Of a stretch of 64,000 nt of DNA, positions 17,589-27,303 are shown piece after piece; the first letter of the stretch is position 1, and each line of letters starts with the position of its first letter. The notes under the pieces were generated by a model. It was not told where the DNA came from, did no database searches, and saw nothing but the letters and a program-made list of their open reading frames with translations. Source of the stretch: Myxococcota bacterium (GTDB lineage Bacteria; Myxococcota_A; UBA9160; SZUA-336); NCBI GenBank assembly GCA_965247115.1, contig CBDFGR010000003.1, positions 1,408,001-1,472,000 of the forward strand. The letters run 5' to 3'. The translations under genes and the position numbers were made by a program.

Positions 17589-17594
17589 ACGTGA
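16563..17594 (+). CDS. DUF222-like/HNH endonuclease domain protein, copy 2
   Basis: ATG 16563 aligns with the copy 1 start; SSMFRYCTEVLHFSE; RDGGRCVF...EFHHLDPW...LRCRAHN. Confidence 0.87.
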   Translation: MNISPLGRMSNDELLRALDKLVATSRNVDADLLAHVAEVDARRLYLSEGCSSMFRYCTEVLHFSEATAFHRIHVARAARRFPSLLDHVRQGRIHLAGLSLLVPHLTQENHVELLDMAYHKSKRAIEKFLAERSPKPRVPALVRKLPETKAVFAGPETSDFRETNEQPALRAPRAQAASLPAPRSQNSAPQPLGHRCYKIQFTASQEFCDKLREAQALLRHQLPGGDLAQVIDRALSLLLAETRRRKFAETSRPRSRSEDRTSLASRHIPAAIKRAIATRDGGRCVFVGRNGRRCQSADFVEFHHLDPWASSKYHSVEGIELRCRAHNQYAADRETQPPPGEAT

Positions 17595-17598
17595 GGGG

Positions 17599-19389
17599 CT
17601 AGCCTCGTTTTCTCAGGTTGGCGGGGAGCTTGCGTTTGCGGAGGCGGAGGGAGGTGGGGGTGACCTCGAGGAGCTCGTCGGCCTCGATCCATTCCAGGGC
17701 GCTCTCGATGGTGACTTCGCGCGGGGGGGTGAGGATGGACTGTTCGTCTTTGCCGGCGGCTCGGATGTTGGTGAGTTTTTTCTGGCGGCAGACGTTTACG
17801 TTCAGGTCCTTCGTGCGGCGGTTCTCCCCGACTACCTGGCCTTCGTACACGCGGACACCCGCAGGGACGAACATGATGGCGCGCTCCTGGATGCCGAAGA
17901 GTGCGTACGGAGTCGTCTGGCCCTGCTCGCTGGCGACGATGGCGCCGACTCCGCGGCGCGTCAGATCGCCAGCGTAGGGCTCGTAGCCGCGTACCGTGCG
18001 GTGGAGCACACCCTCGCCGCGCGTGTCCGAGAGGAACTCCGAGCGGTAGCCGAAGAGGCCGCGGCTGGGGACCACGAACTCGAGGTGAGTGCGGCCGCTG
18101 CGCTGCTCCATGCCGATCAGGCGACCCTTGCGCGAGCTGAGCTTCTCCATGACGGAGCCGGCGTAGAGCTCGGGCACCTCGACGGCGACGTCCTCCACGG
18201 GCTCGCACTTCTCGCCTTCGACCTCGCGCAGGATGATTTCGGGACGTGAGACCGCGAACTCGTAGGCCTCTCGGCGCATGGTCTCGATCAGCACCGCGAT
18301 CTGCAGCTCGCCCCGGCCCGCCACCTCGAAGGTGTCCGGCGTGTCGGCCGCATCGACCCGGATCGAGACGTTCCCCAGCGCCTCACGCTCGAGCCTCTCG
18401 GCGATCTGGCGACTCGTGAGGAAGCGTCCTTCCTGACCCGCGAAGGGCGAGGTGTTGACCGAGAAGCGCACACGAACCGTCGGCGGGTCGATGCGAATGC
18501 GAGGCAGCGCCTCCGGAGACTCCGGATCGCAGATGGTGTCTCCGATCTCGATCGAGTTGACGCCCGCGATGATGACGAGCTCTCCAGCCTCCGCGCGCTC
18601 GAGCTCCACGCGTTCCAGGCCGCGCGAGCCGAACAGCTTGGTGACGCGGAAGGTCTCGGGGGCTCCCTTCTCGGGAACGCGGACGGCGAGCTTGCCGCGC
18701 TCCAGCACGCCCCGTTCGACGCGCCCGATCACGAGCCGTCCCAGGTAGTCGTCGTAGCCGAGCGTCACGGCCTGGAACTGGAATGGGCCATTTGCGTCGA
18801 CGGCGGGCGCCGGCGCGTGCGTGAGGATCATCTCGAGGAGCGGACTCAGGTCCTTGCGAGGCTGATCGGGCTCGAGCGCCGCAACACCCTGCTTCGCCGA
18901 GGCGTAGACGACGGGAAAATCGAGCTGCGCGTCGCTGGCACCCAGCTCGACCAGGAGATCGAATACCTGGTCCAGGACCTCGGTGGCGCGCTCATCAGGA
19001 CGGTCCATCTTGTTCACTACGACCATCGGGTGCAGGCCATGCGCCAGCGCTTTGCTCATCACGAAGCGCGTCTGCGGCATGACGCCTTCGACCGCATCCA
19101 CCAGGAGCAGCACGCCGTCGACCATACCCAGAACGCGCTCGACCTCGCCGCCGAAGTCCGCATGGCCCGGCGTATCCACCAGGTGGATGCGCACGCCCCC
19201 GTACTCCACAGATGTGTTCTTGGCGCGGATCGTAATGCCACGCTCGCGCTCCAGGTCGCCGTTGTCCATCACGCGTTCCTCGACCTGTTGGTTGTCTCGG
19301 AAGGCGCCGGTCTGTCGCAACAGACCATCCAGCAGGGTGGTCTTGCCGTGATCGACGTGCGCGATAATGGCGACGTTGCGGAGGTCCAT
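17599..19389 (-). CDS. typA: Translational GTPase TypA/BipA
   Basis: [46 protein letters not shown]. Confidence 0.97.
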   Translation of the reverse strand: MDLRNVAIIAHVDHGKTTLLDGLLRQTGAFRDNQQVEERVMDNGDLERERGITIRAKNTSVEYGGVRIHLVDTPGHADFGGEVERVLGMVDGVLLLVDAVEGVMPQTRFVMSKALAHGLHPMVVVNKMDRPDERATEVLDQVFDLLVELGASDAQLDFPVVYASAKQGVAALEPDQPRKDLSPLLEMILTHAPAPAVDANGPFQFQAVTLGYDDYLGRLVIGRVERGVLERGKLAVRVPEKGAPETFRVTKLFGSRGLERVELERAEAGELVIIAGVNSIEIGDTICDPESPEALPRIRIDPPTVRVRFSVNTSPFAGQEGRFLTSRQIAERLEREALGNVSIRVDAADTPDTFEVAGRGELQIAVLIETMRREAYEFAVSRPEIILREVEGEKCEPVEDVAVEVPELYAGSVMEKLSSRKGRLIGMEQRSGRTHLEFVVPSRGLFGYRSEFLSDTRGEGVLHRTVRGYEPYAGDLTRRGVGAIVASEQGQTTPYALFGIQERAIMFVPAGVRVYEGQVVGENRRTKDLNVNVCRQKKLTNIRAAGKDEQSILTPPREVTIESALEWIEADELLEVTPTSLRLRKRKLPANLRKRG

Positions 19390-19424
19390 AGGCGCGCGGA
19401 GGCTAGCAGACCCCAGGATTGCGG

Positions 19425-20339
19425 CTACTCGGACAGGCGCTCCGCGGGCAGCACCCCCGCCGGGCCCCATTGGCTGAGAGAGATGCCAGCGAGAATGAGA
19501 GCGAGAGCTACGAGTGCGGTCCACTCCGGCTGCTCGCCGAACAGAACGGCACCGGTCAGGACCGCCACCACCGGCACGGGATAATTCACCAACGACTGGA
19601 AGGTGGGACCTGCCGACGCCACGACCCGGAAGTAGACCACCGTGGCGGCCGCCGTGGGCACGAGCCCGAGCCAGGCGAGTGCCGCAAGCGACTGCGTTGA
19701 AGGCGCGAGCTCTAGCGGGCTGTCCAGGATCAGGGCTCCGGGCACCACCACGGCGCTCGCGACGAGGAGCACGGCCGCCGCCGCCACCAGCGGGTGCGTC
19801 ACAGGCATGCGCCGCGTCAGAATGGCGTTGGTCGCGTAGCAGAGCGAACCTCCGAGCACCGCTCCTTGCCGTACCACATCGCTCCCCCCACCTCCGATTC
19901 CCAGGAGCGCCTCGGGCCCCATCAACACGACGACTCCCGCGAAGCCGAGGGCGAAGCCGCTCGTCCGGTTGCGACTCAAGTACTCGCCCAGCACAAAGAA
20001 GTGCGCGAGCAGCAGCGTAACCAGCGGATTCATGGCCATCAGGATGCCCGCGACACCGCTCGCTACCCGCTCCTGTCCCCAGCTGATCAGATAGAAGGGC
20101 AGCACGTTCCCGACGATTCCCAGAACGAGGAAGTGGAGCCAGATGCGACCAAGAGGCGGAAGACGCAGACCAGCCGCGCGCATCGCCACATAGAGAACTG
20201 CAGCTCCGCTAACGATGCGCCCCGCTGCAAGGCTCAACGGGGGAATGGACTGCACCGCCAGATGGATGAACGCAAAGCCCGTACCCCACACGACCACGAG
20301 CGTGAGAAGCGAAGCCCAGTCGCGCAGGCTGTGACTCAC
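19425..20339 (-). CDS. DMT/EamA family transporter
   Basis: About ten hydrophobic segments in two EamA-like repeats (VWG..F...; YPVPVVAV..G..LFGE). Confidence 0.88.
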   Translation of the reverse strand: MSHSLRDWASLLTLVVVWGTGFAFIHLAVQSIPPLSLAAGRIVSGAAVLYVAMRAAGLRLPPLGRIWLHFLVLGIVGNVLPFYLISWGQERVASGVAGILMAMNPLVTLLLAHFFVLGEYLSRNRTSGFALGFAGVVVLMGPEALLGIGGGGSDVVRQGAVLGGSLCYATNAILTRRMPVTHPLVAAAAVLLVASAVVVPGALILDSPLELAPSTQSLAALAWLGLVPTAAATVVYFRVVASAGPTFQSLVNYPVPVVAVLTGAVLFGEQPEWTALVALALILAGISLSQWGPAGVLPAERLSE

Positions 20340-20722
20340 GCAGAGGGCGTGGGCTTCAGGACCTCATCAATCAGGAACAAGTCGGTGAGGAGGGCGCGCA
20401 GATGGATGGAGGCGTTGAGGTTGTCCACAAGCTGAGAGCTGATCGGGCTCCTGGCAAGTACGAGCCGGATCGCCGCCTGTGCCTTCGCGGCGTCAGTCGC
20501 AATAATCTCCACAAAGCTGCGGTAGGCCTCACTTGTCGCGATCCGATCGGTGCTCTCGTTCAGCACAACGGAGAGATCCTCGAGGGAGGCTTCCGCTCGT
20601 TCGAGGTGACCACGGATCTCGGTGTCGGACTCCTCGCGCGCGAGCCCACGAGCCGCGTAGGCCAGCATGAACTCGTACGACCTCTCTATGGTCTCGATAC
20701 GCTCCGTACGCGAAGGTTGCAC
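20336..20722 (-). CDS. Helical hypothetical protein in the oxidoreductase operon
   Basis: GTG start behind GGGGAG; stop overlaps the start of the DMT gene; YEFMLAYAA...SQLVDNLNASIHLRALLTDLFL. Confidence 0.7.
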   Translation of the reverse strand: MQPSRTERIETIERSYEFMLAYAARGLAREESDTEIRGHLERAEASLEDLSVVLNESTDRIATSEAYRSFVEIIATDAAKAQAAIRLVLARSPISSQLVDNLNASIHLRALLTDLFLIDEVLKPTPSA

Positions 20723-20730
20723 CCGCTCCC

Positions 20731-21574
20731 CTACTCGCGGGCCGACGACTCTTTCGCGGCGTCCACGCCCTCCACGGGCCATGCTTGCGGATCGAAGTTC
20801 GCCCTGTACTCGTCGACGCTGATCCAGCCACGGATCATTGATCTGGTGAGAAAGCGCTTCTCCGGTCTGATCGCGAAGTAGATGTGGACCATCACGAACG
20901 TGACGACCCCCATGGACGCGAGGTCGTGAAGAACGTAGACCACACCCCAGGCCTGGTCGCTCAGCCAGTAGGGGTTGCGACGCCAGAACGGGGTATCGAT
21001 CCCCGCCATCATCATGAGACCCGTCACGACCGTGATCAGGATGACCAGCGCTACGCCGTGGTGGAACAGCTTCTGCGCCAGGGGGTACTTGCCCGGCTTG
21101 TCCGGCATCTCCTGCGTGAGACGGAGCGCGCGCCGCACACCCTGACGCGCGATCCTGAGGTCCCGGCGGTCCGAGGCCATGTTCCCCAGGCCCTCGCGCA
21201 GCGCCACGCGGGGGACGTGGAACAGCAGGGCCGCACAGAGCACCAGACCCGCGATCCAGTGTGGGGTCACCCAGGCGAACTTGACCCCGACGATGGGAAG
21301 AAAGCCGGTGAAAAGCAGCGCGAGGACGGACGTAGCCATCACCCAGTGATAGATCCGAATCGCCAGAGCGTGTCGGGTGACGCGTTCGGTCGCGCTGTCC
21401 GCCGCGTGAACAGCTCCGCTACGAGCCTCCACGGGGCTCCCAGCGCGCCTTGTAGAGCGCGTGGCCCAGCATGAACAGAACCCCGGCAGCGACGAAGAGC
21501 CAGAGCAGCTCCCAGGAGGCGCCGACGAGGATCTCCTGTCCCCACGGGTTTCGAGCGACTCGGAGTAGCTCCAT
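20731..21574 (-). pseudogene. Membrane cytochrome b (FdnI/HyaC-like), frameshifted near 21433-21436
   Basis: N-terminal MELLRVARNPWGQEIL... is in one frame; heme-b His motifs (YHW, TPHW, LHD, VHIY) and GKYPLAQK are in another; removing one base of a 4-base run joins them. Confidence 0.7.
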
Positions 21575-21579
21575 CCAGG

Positions 21580-22569
21580 CTAGGTGCCCCGGATCGCGCG
21601 CTTCACCAGCGCTTGCATCAGCGGAATCTTGAAGTGATTGAAGTTCAGTGGACGTGCGCCGCGCACTGCGGACTGACCGGCGATCTCGGCGATCTCCTCG
21701 TCGAGTTTCTCTCCGGTGAGCACGGCCTCGACCACCTCGAGCCGCATGGGAACGCACTGCACGCCCCCGCAGACCACCCGGACCCGCTCGATCACCCCGT
21801 CCTTCAAGACCATGGCGGACGCCACGTTGACGAGCGGGAAGTCGAAGGCGCCCCGATCCGCGATCTTCTCGAAGTAGAAGCGCGCACCCACCCAGGTGTC
21901 GGGGATGCGAATCGCCGTCAGGATGTCCCCCCGCTCCAGCACCGTCATGTGCTCGATGTCGATGTCAGGACCCACGAAGAAGTCCTCTGCCGCCACGCGG
22001 CGCTCGCCCCCGGAGCTCCGAATCCGCATCTCTGCCTCGAGCGCCACGAGAACGGGCGCGGTGTCTGAAGGAGAGACGGCCACACAGCGGTCGGCCTCAA
22101 ACAGCGTGTGCTCGCGGTCCATGCCGGTCGGCGTGTCCGCGTAGCAGGTGTTGCCCCCCGCGCGGTAGCAGGGGAGTCCGTCTCGGTAGTACCAGCAACG
22201 CGTGTCCTGGCAGACGTTGCCGCCGAGCGTGGAGACGTTCCGTATCTGCGGACTCGCCACCCGGCCTGCCGCGTCGGCGAGCAGCGGGAAGCGCTCGCGA
22301 ATGAGCGAGCTCTGCTCCAACTCGGTGAGCGTAGTCATGGCGCCGATCTCGATCGCACCACCATCCTCTCGGATGCCCTTGAGCTCCTCCACGCCGGAGA
22401 GATCCACCATGGCCTTTGTCTGCTTGGCGCGGTCCTTGAACCAATCCAGGCTGTCGTTGCCACCCGCCAGCACCCAGCCGTCGTCGCCATAGCGATCGAG
22501 CAGCTCCAGAGCCTCCTCGAGTCGAGACGGCTGATAGAGCTCGAAACCGCGCATCATGTCGCTGATCAC
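21580..22569 (-). CDS. Xanthine dehydrogenase-family FAD-binding subunit (PaoB/YagS-like)
   Basis: LAGGNDSL, ASPQIRNVSTLGGN, Cys cluster TRCWYYR...C...C...C as in [4Fe-4S]-containing PaoB-type subunits. Confidence 0.9.
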   Translation of the reverse strand: MISDMMRGFELYQPSRLEEALELLDRYGDDGWVLAGGNDSLDWFKDRAKQTKAMVDLSGVEELKGIREDGGAIEIGAMTTLTELEQSSLIRERFPLLADAAGRVASPQIRNVSTLGGNVCQDTRCWYYRDGLPCYRAGGNTCYADTPTGMDREHTLFEADRCVAVSPSDTAPVLVALEAEMRIRSSGGERRVAAEDFFVGPDIDIEHMTVLERGDILTAIRIPDTWVGARFYFEKIADRGAFDFPLVNVASAMVLKDGVIERVRVVCGGVQCVPMRLEVVEAVLTGEKLDEEIAEIAGQSAVRGARPLNFNHFKIPLMQALVKRAIRGT

Positions 22570-22581
22570 CGCCGTCTCCCC

Positions 22582-24990
22582 CTAGGTGTTGACCTGAAGC
22601 GGCTTGTACGATTGGGGCCGCTTGGCCAGCGCATTCATGATGGTGTCCGGCATCACGGGCGTGTGGTTGAACACGTGACCCCCGAGGGCGTCCGAGATCG
22701 CGGACAGCAGTGCCGACGCACCTGCGCCCATCGTGGGCTCGCCGATCCCCTTCGCACCGACCGGGTTCTGCGGATCTGGCAGATCGACGGCCTCCGCATG
22801 CATCTGCATTGGCACGTCCATAAAGCTCGGGGGCTTGCACGTGTAGAGCGCGTGATTGCCCGGCGTGCCGTACTCCACGTCGAACACGTGCCGCTCCATG
22901 CAGGCCATGCCGAAGCCCATGACGGCACCGCCGAGGACCTGCTGCTTCAGCGACGCGGGGTGCAGCACGGTTCCGCAATCGGCCACACCGACGTAGTCGA
23001 CGATCATGAACTTACCAGTCTCGGTGTCGAGCTCGATCTCGACGAAGCCCGCGCAGAGCGCGGGCACGGTGCCGTCTAACGCGAGCTTGTCCTTGGCCAC
23101 GCCCACAAGACCCGTCCCGGCGATCGCCCGGACGGAAGCCTGGGTCATCACGTTGATGTCGTCGGGCATCTCGAGGCCGCTGTAGCTCCCACCGAGCTCA
23201 ATCGCCCTGCTCGCAGCCTGCGCGAAGCTGAGCGAACGCGTGGCATCCCCTGTGGCGACCACGCGTTCATCCTCGAGCGCGTAGTCGTCCGGCGCACCAC
23301 CAAGGTCCTTGGCGGCGATCTCCTGCAGCTTGCGCTTGGCGTCCATGGCCGCGGCGTACGTCGTCCGGGTCATGGTGAACGACGTGTTACTCCCGAACTG
23401 GCCCAGGTTCCAGGGCAGATGCCGCCGCGTGTCGCCGCGCTCGATCACGCAGTTCTCCCAGCGACAGTCGAGCACCTCCGCGGCCACGCGCGAGGTCGCG
23501 GCGAACGAGAACGTTCCGAGGTTCCCCGTACCGGTGTGGATGTGCAGCTTGCCGTCCGGGGCGACGCGCAGGAGCCCGTCGAAGCCAGAATACCCAGCCG
23601 AGTGGTAGGCCTGTCCGATGCCGATCCCCGTCACCATGCGGCCGCGTCTCTGACCGCTGCGCTTCTTCTTCTCCTCCCAGTTGAAGCGCGCAGCGCCCTT
23701 GTCCAGCGCTTCTCGCTGATAGGCGCTCGTCACCGGCTTGCGATCGCCTCCCATCTTCGCGTCGTTGTCGGGGGCATTCAGACGCCGCAGCTCGAGCCGG
23801 TCGACGCCGAGGCTGCGGGCCGCCTTGTCGAGGAGGGGCTCCACGGCGCACGCGATCTGGTTCTCGCCCGGTCCGCGCTGCGGTCCCTTCGGTGGCGTGT
23901 TCGTGGCCACGGGAATCCCGCGCCAGCGCATGGCGAGAGGCTGGTAGACGAAGGACACCGCAGTCCCCGCGGCCTTGTAGTCGCCGGAACCGCGGAACGG
24001 GCCGTTGTCGTGGACGACGTAGAGATCGGCGGCCAGGAGCCTGCCGTCGGCGCGGAAGGCGAGCTTGATGCGCCCCTGGAAGCCGGGTCGTGCCGATCCG
24101 ATGTAGTACTCCTCGCCCCGGCTCACGCGCATCATCACGGGCCGACCGGTCTTCTTTGCCAGATGGGCCGGGATGGCCATGGCGGTATACGCGACGGCCT
24201 TTGAGCCGAAGCCCCCGCCGCAGTACTCGGAGACGAAAACTAGCTGCTCCGGCTCGATTCCGATCATCCCTGCCAGGTAGGGAACGGCGAACGCCGAGCT
24301 CTGCGTGGAGCCGTAGACGAAGCACTTGCCGTTCTGCCAGTAGGAAAGGCACGAGCGCGACTCCATGGAGTGGTGCGCGTAGCCAGCCGTGACGAAGCTC
24401 TCGTCGAGGACGAGTGCGGCCTCCCCAAAGCCCGCCTCCACGTCTCCGTAGGACCACTCCTCGGATGGCTCTCCGAGTGGGAGCTCGTTCTCGGCGGCTC
24501 TCGCGAAGTCGCGAGCCGACCACTTGACCGTCTTGAACTCGGAAGTGCTGCCGTTCTGGGTCAGCACGTTACCGTCCCGACGGGCGTCGGGTCCCCCTGG
24601 GTGCAGGCTGTCGAGCGGGTCCATGACGAAGGGCATGGGTTGGAGGTCCAGCTCGATCTTCTCGATCGCGTCGGCGGCCGTCGTCTCGTCGACGGCGGCC
24701 ACCGCCAGGATCGGCTGGCCGACGAAGAGAGGCTCGTTTGTCAGGATCGGATCGCCCGGCTCCGGCAGAGCGGGAACGTCGTCTGCCGTGAGGACGGCGA
24801 CGACGCCGGGGAGCTTCAGGGCTTCCGAGGTATCGATGCTGCGGACCATGGCGTGCGGCATCGGGCTCGTGAGGAGCTTGCAGAAGAGCATGCCCTCCGC
24901 GCGGAAGTCCTCAGCGTACTTCGCCGTACCCGTGACCTTTGCCACGACGTCCGAGGGCGTGAAATCCTTGCCCAGCAGTCGGTAGGCCAT
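22582..24990 (-). CDS. Xanthine dehydrogenase-family molybdopterin-binding subunit
   Basis: KVTGTAKY, GGGFGSK, QRGPG, AKGIGE; start overlaps the upstream stop (TAATG). Confidence 0.92.
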   Translation of the reverse strand: MAYRLLGKDFTPSDVVAKVTGTAKYAEDFRAEGMLFCKLLTSPMPHAMVRSIDTSEALKLPGVVAVLTADDVPALPEPGDPILTNEPLFVGQPILAVAAVDETTAADAIEKIELDLQPMPFVMDPLDSLHPGGPDARRDGNVLTQNGSTSEFKTVKWSARDFARAAENELPLGEPSEEWSYGDVEAGFGEAALVLDESFVTAGYAHHSMESRSCLSYWQNGKCFVYGSTQSSAFAVPYLAGMIGIEPEQLVFVSEYCGGGFGSKAVAYTAMAIPAHLAKKTGRPVMMRVSRGEEYYIGSARPGFQGRIKLAFRADGRLLAADLYVVHDNGPFRGSGDYKAAGTAVSFVYQPLAMRWRGIPVATNTPPKGPQRGPGENQIACAVEPLLDKAARSLGVDRLELRRLNAPDNDAKMGGDRKPVTSAYQREALDKGAARFNWEEKKKRSGQRRGRMVTGIGIGQAYHSAGYSGFDGLLRVAPDGKLHIHTGTGNLGTFSFAATSRVAAEVLDCRWENCVIERGDTRRHLPWNLGQFGSNTSFTMTRTTYAAAMDAKRKLQEIAAKDLGGAPDDYALEDERVVATGDATRSLSFAQAASRAIELGGSYSGLEMPDDINVMTQASVRAIAGTGLVGVAKDKLALDGTVPALCAGFVEIELDTETGKFMIVDYVGVADCGTVLHPASLKQQVLGGAVMGFGMACMERHVFDVEYGTPGNHALYTCKPPSFMDVPMQMHAEAVDLPDPQNPVGAKGIGEPTMGAGASALLSAISDALGGHVFNHTPVMPDTIMNALAKRPQSYKPLQVNT

Positions 24991-25616
24991 TACACGCTCC
25001 CCGCAGCGCGCATGACAGAGTTCAGGTAGTTCTCGTATGCCCCGCATCGACACAGGTTCCCCGACATCGCGCGGCGCGCCTCCTCACGAGTCGGACTCGG
25101 ATTCGCCTTGAGCAGGGCAACGGCCGACATGACCTGGCCCGGGGTGCAGAAGCCGCACTGGGGTCCGAGCTCGTCCACGAAGGCCTGCTGGACGGGGTGG
25201 AGCTCGTCTCCGTTTGCCAGGCCCTCGACGGTGGTGATCTCGCGGCCGCGCACGCTGTGGGTCAGGGTCGAGCAGGAGTAGTACGCGACATCGTCCATCA
25301 GCACGGTGCAGGCCCCGCACTCGCCCCGGTCGCAACCCAGCTTGGTGCCCGTCAGTCCGAGCTTGTAGCGCAGCGTCATCGCCAGCGTCTCCTGCGGCAA
25401 GACGTCGACGCGCCGGACCCGCCCGTTCACCTTCAAGCTGACCAGGCGTTCGACCGCACCGGAGGCTGCGTGAGCCGAGCGGATCGCGGGACCGCGGAAC
25501 AGGTACCCCGCAGCCGACACGGCCGCGCCAGAGGCGATGACGCCCTTGATGAACGCGCGCCTGGTCGTTCCATCGAGCATGCGAACGCCGCTGCTCGGTC
25601 CAGAATCATCGGACAT
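24990..25616 (-). CDS. (2Fe-2S) subunit with Tat signal (PaoA/YagT-like)
   Basis: TRRAFIK twin-arginine; GCDRGECGACT; QCGFCTPG; NLCRC. Confidence 0.92.
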   Translation of the reverse strand: MSDDSGPSSGVRMLDGTTRRAFIKGVIASGAAVSAAGYLFRGPAIRSAHAASGAVERLVSLKVNGRVRRVDVLPQETLAMTLRYKLGLTGTKLGCDRGECGACTVLMDDVAYYSCSTLTHSVRGREITTVEGLANGDELHPVQQAFVDELGPQCGFCTPGQVMSAVALLKANPSPTREEARRAMSGNLCRCGAYENYLNSVMRAAGSV

Positions 25617-25755
25617 GAGAGCCTCCCACAGGTCGGGGGCTCATGATATTCCATCCAGGAGTCGGAAGGCGAGCGGATTGAGGCCTCCTGTCAGCCACCC
25701 CGCCCTCATGCAACGGCTTATCGGGATTTCGCAGGATAGGTAGAATGGGACCAGC

Positions 25756-26389
25756 ATGAAGCTCTACATGTTCCAGGTCGCTCCCAACCCGACGAAGGTC
25801 CGTCTCTACCTCGCAGAGAAGGCCGCGGGCGGCGGGCAGATCGACATCGAGCAGCAGTCGATGAACCTGCCGAAGGGAGAGCAGAAGAGTCCCGAGCATC
25901 TGGCCCGGAACCCGTTCGGCACGCTCCCGTGTGCTAGAGCTGGACGACGGCTCGCACCTGATCGAGTCGCTGGCGATCATCGAGTACCTGGAGGAGCGCT
26001 TTCCCGAGCCTGCCCTGATCGGACGCGACGCGCAGGAACGAGCCAGGGTGCGCGAGCTCGAGCGCGTGGCGGACCTGGGCGTGCTGCTCCCGGTAGGGCG
26101 CATCGTGCACGCCACGAACTCGCCGCTGGGCCTGCCGCCCGTTCCCGAAGTGGCAGTGCTGTTCCGGGAGATCCTCCCGGAGGGGCTGCGATTCCTGGAT
26201 GCGGCGCTTGCAGACGGGCGTCCCTTCCTGGCCGGCCAGAGTCCGACGGTGGCCGATTGCACGCTCGCGGCGGCGCTCCAGTTCGCCCGCTTCGGAAAGG
26301 TGGAGATCGATCCGTCGTTCGAGAAGCTGGCGCGCTGGGACGCGGCATACAGGGAGCGACCGGTCGCCACGAGCGTACTCTCGCTGTAG
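25756..26389 (+). pseudogene. Glutathione S-transferase family protein, frameshifted near 25930
   Basis: MKLY...APNPTKVRLYLAEK...NPFGTLP, then one extra base before VLELDDGSHLIESLAIIEYLEE. Confidence 0.8.
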
Positions 26390-26427
26390 AGCGAGTGAGC
26401 CGGACAGTGTCGAAGGAGCGTCGAAGC

Positions 26428-27303
26428 ATGAGCGCACGTCAGGAGTTCCGAGCGGCAATCGAATCCGGGGAGCCGGTCTTCGCACCTCTGTGTCTCACTC
26501 CGTTGACGGCGCGCATCGTCGAGCAGCAGGGCTATCGGGCCGGCTACCTGAGCGGCGGGGCGCTCGGCTACGAGCTCGCGGTATCGGAGGCGCTGCTCAC
26601 CCTGACCGAGCTCGCGACGGCGAGCCGTCAGATCACGCGTCGCTCCGGGCTGCCGCTGATCGTGGACGGCGGCGTCGGCTTCGGAGATGCGGTGCACTGC
26701 GCGCGCACGATCTGGGAGCTGGAGGAGACGGGCGCGGCCGCGATCGAGCTCGAGGACCAGGTCGCGCCCAAGCGTGTGAGCCACCACCGGGGCGTCGAGC
26801 ATCTGATCCCGAGGGACGAGATGGCTGCGAAGATCCGCGTGGCGGCCGATGCGCGCGTCGATCCAGATTTCCTGATCATCGCGCGCACAGGCGCGGTCCG
26901 GAACGAGAGCTTCGATTCCGCGATTGAGCGAGCGAAGGCGTACCGCGACGCCGGAGCGGACATTCTGATGCTCTTCCCGAGCAACGAGGACGGCTGGGAG
27001 CGGGCTCCGAAGCTGCTCGATGCACCGCTTGCGGCCATCACCTCGCTGGATGCGCGCACGCCAACGCAGTGGGCTGAGCTCGGCTGGTCCCTCGTCATCG
27101 ATCCCTTTACCGCCCAGCTGCTGAGCGTCGAGGTCGTGCGCAACGCGTACGCGCGGTTTGCCGCGCTGGGCAACACGGGGACCGAGCTCGGCGGCGAACG
27201 GCTGCGCAAGGCCTACGCCGAGCTCTCGGACCTGGCGGGCCTGGAGGAGCTGTTCCAGATCGAGCGCGAGACGACCGAGCGCGACCGAGAGGAGCGACCG
27301 TGA
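26428..27303 (+). CDS. Isocitrate lyase/PEP mutase superfamily enzyme
   Basis: AAGGAG SD; YLSGG, DGGVGFG, IELEDQVAPKR, IIART motifs. Confidence 0.87.
   Translation: MSARQEFRAAIESGEPVFAPLCLTPLTARIVEQQGYRAGYLSGGALGYELAVSEALLTLTELATASRQITRRSGLPLIVDGGVGFGDAVHCARTIWELEETGAAAIELEDQVAPKRVSHHRGVEHLIPRDEMAAKIRVAADARVDPDFLIIARTGAVRNESFDSAIERAKAYRDAGADILMLFPSNEDGWERAPKLLDAPLAAITSLDARTPTQWAELGWSLVIDPFTAQLLSVEVVRNAYARFAALGNTGTELGGERLRKAYAELSDLAGLEELFQIERETTERDREERP

Noticed and set aside
6288..17594. HNH proteins as IscB, Cas9 or group II intron proteins
   Set aside because: No RuvC, PLMP or reverse-transcriptase motifs visible
25756..27303. 515-aa GST-lyase fusion as a novel protein
   Set aside because: Explained by a one-base frameshift; the lyase has its own SD and ATG at 26428
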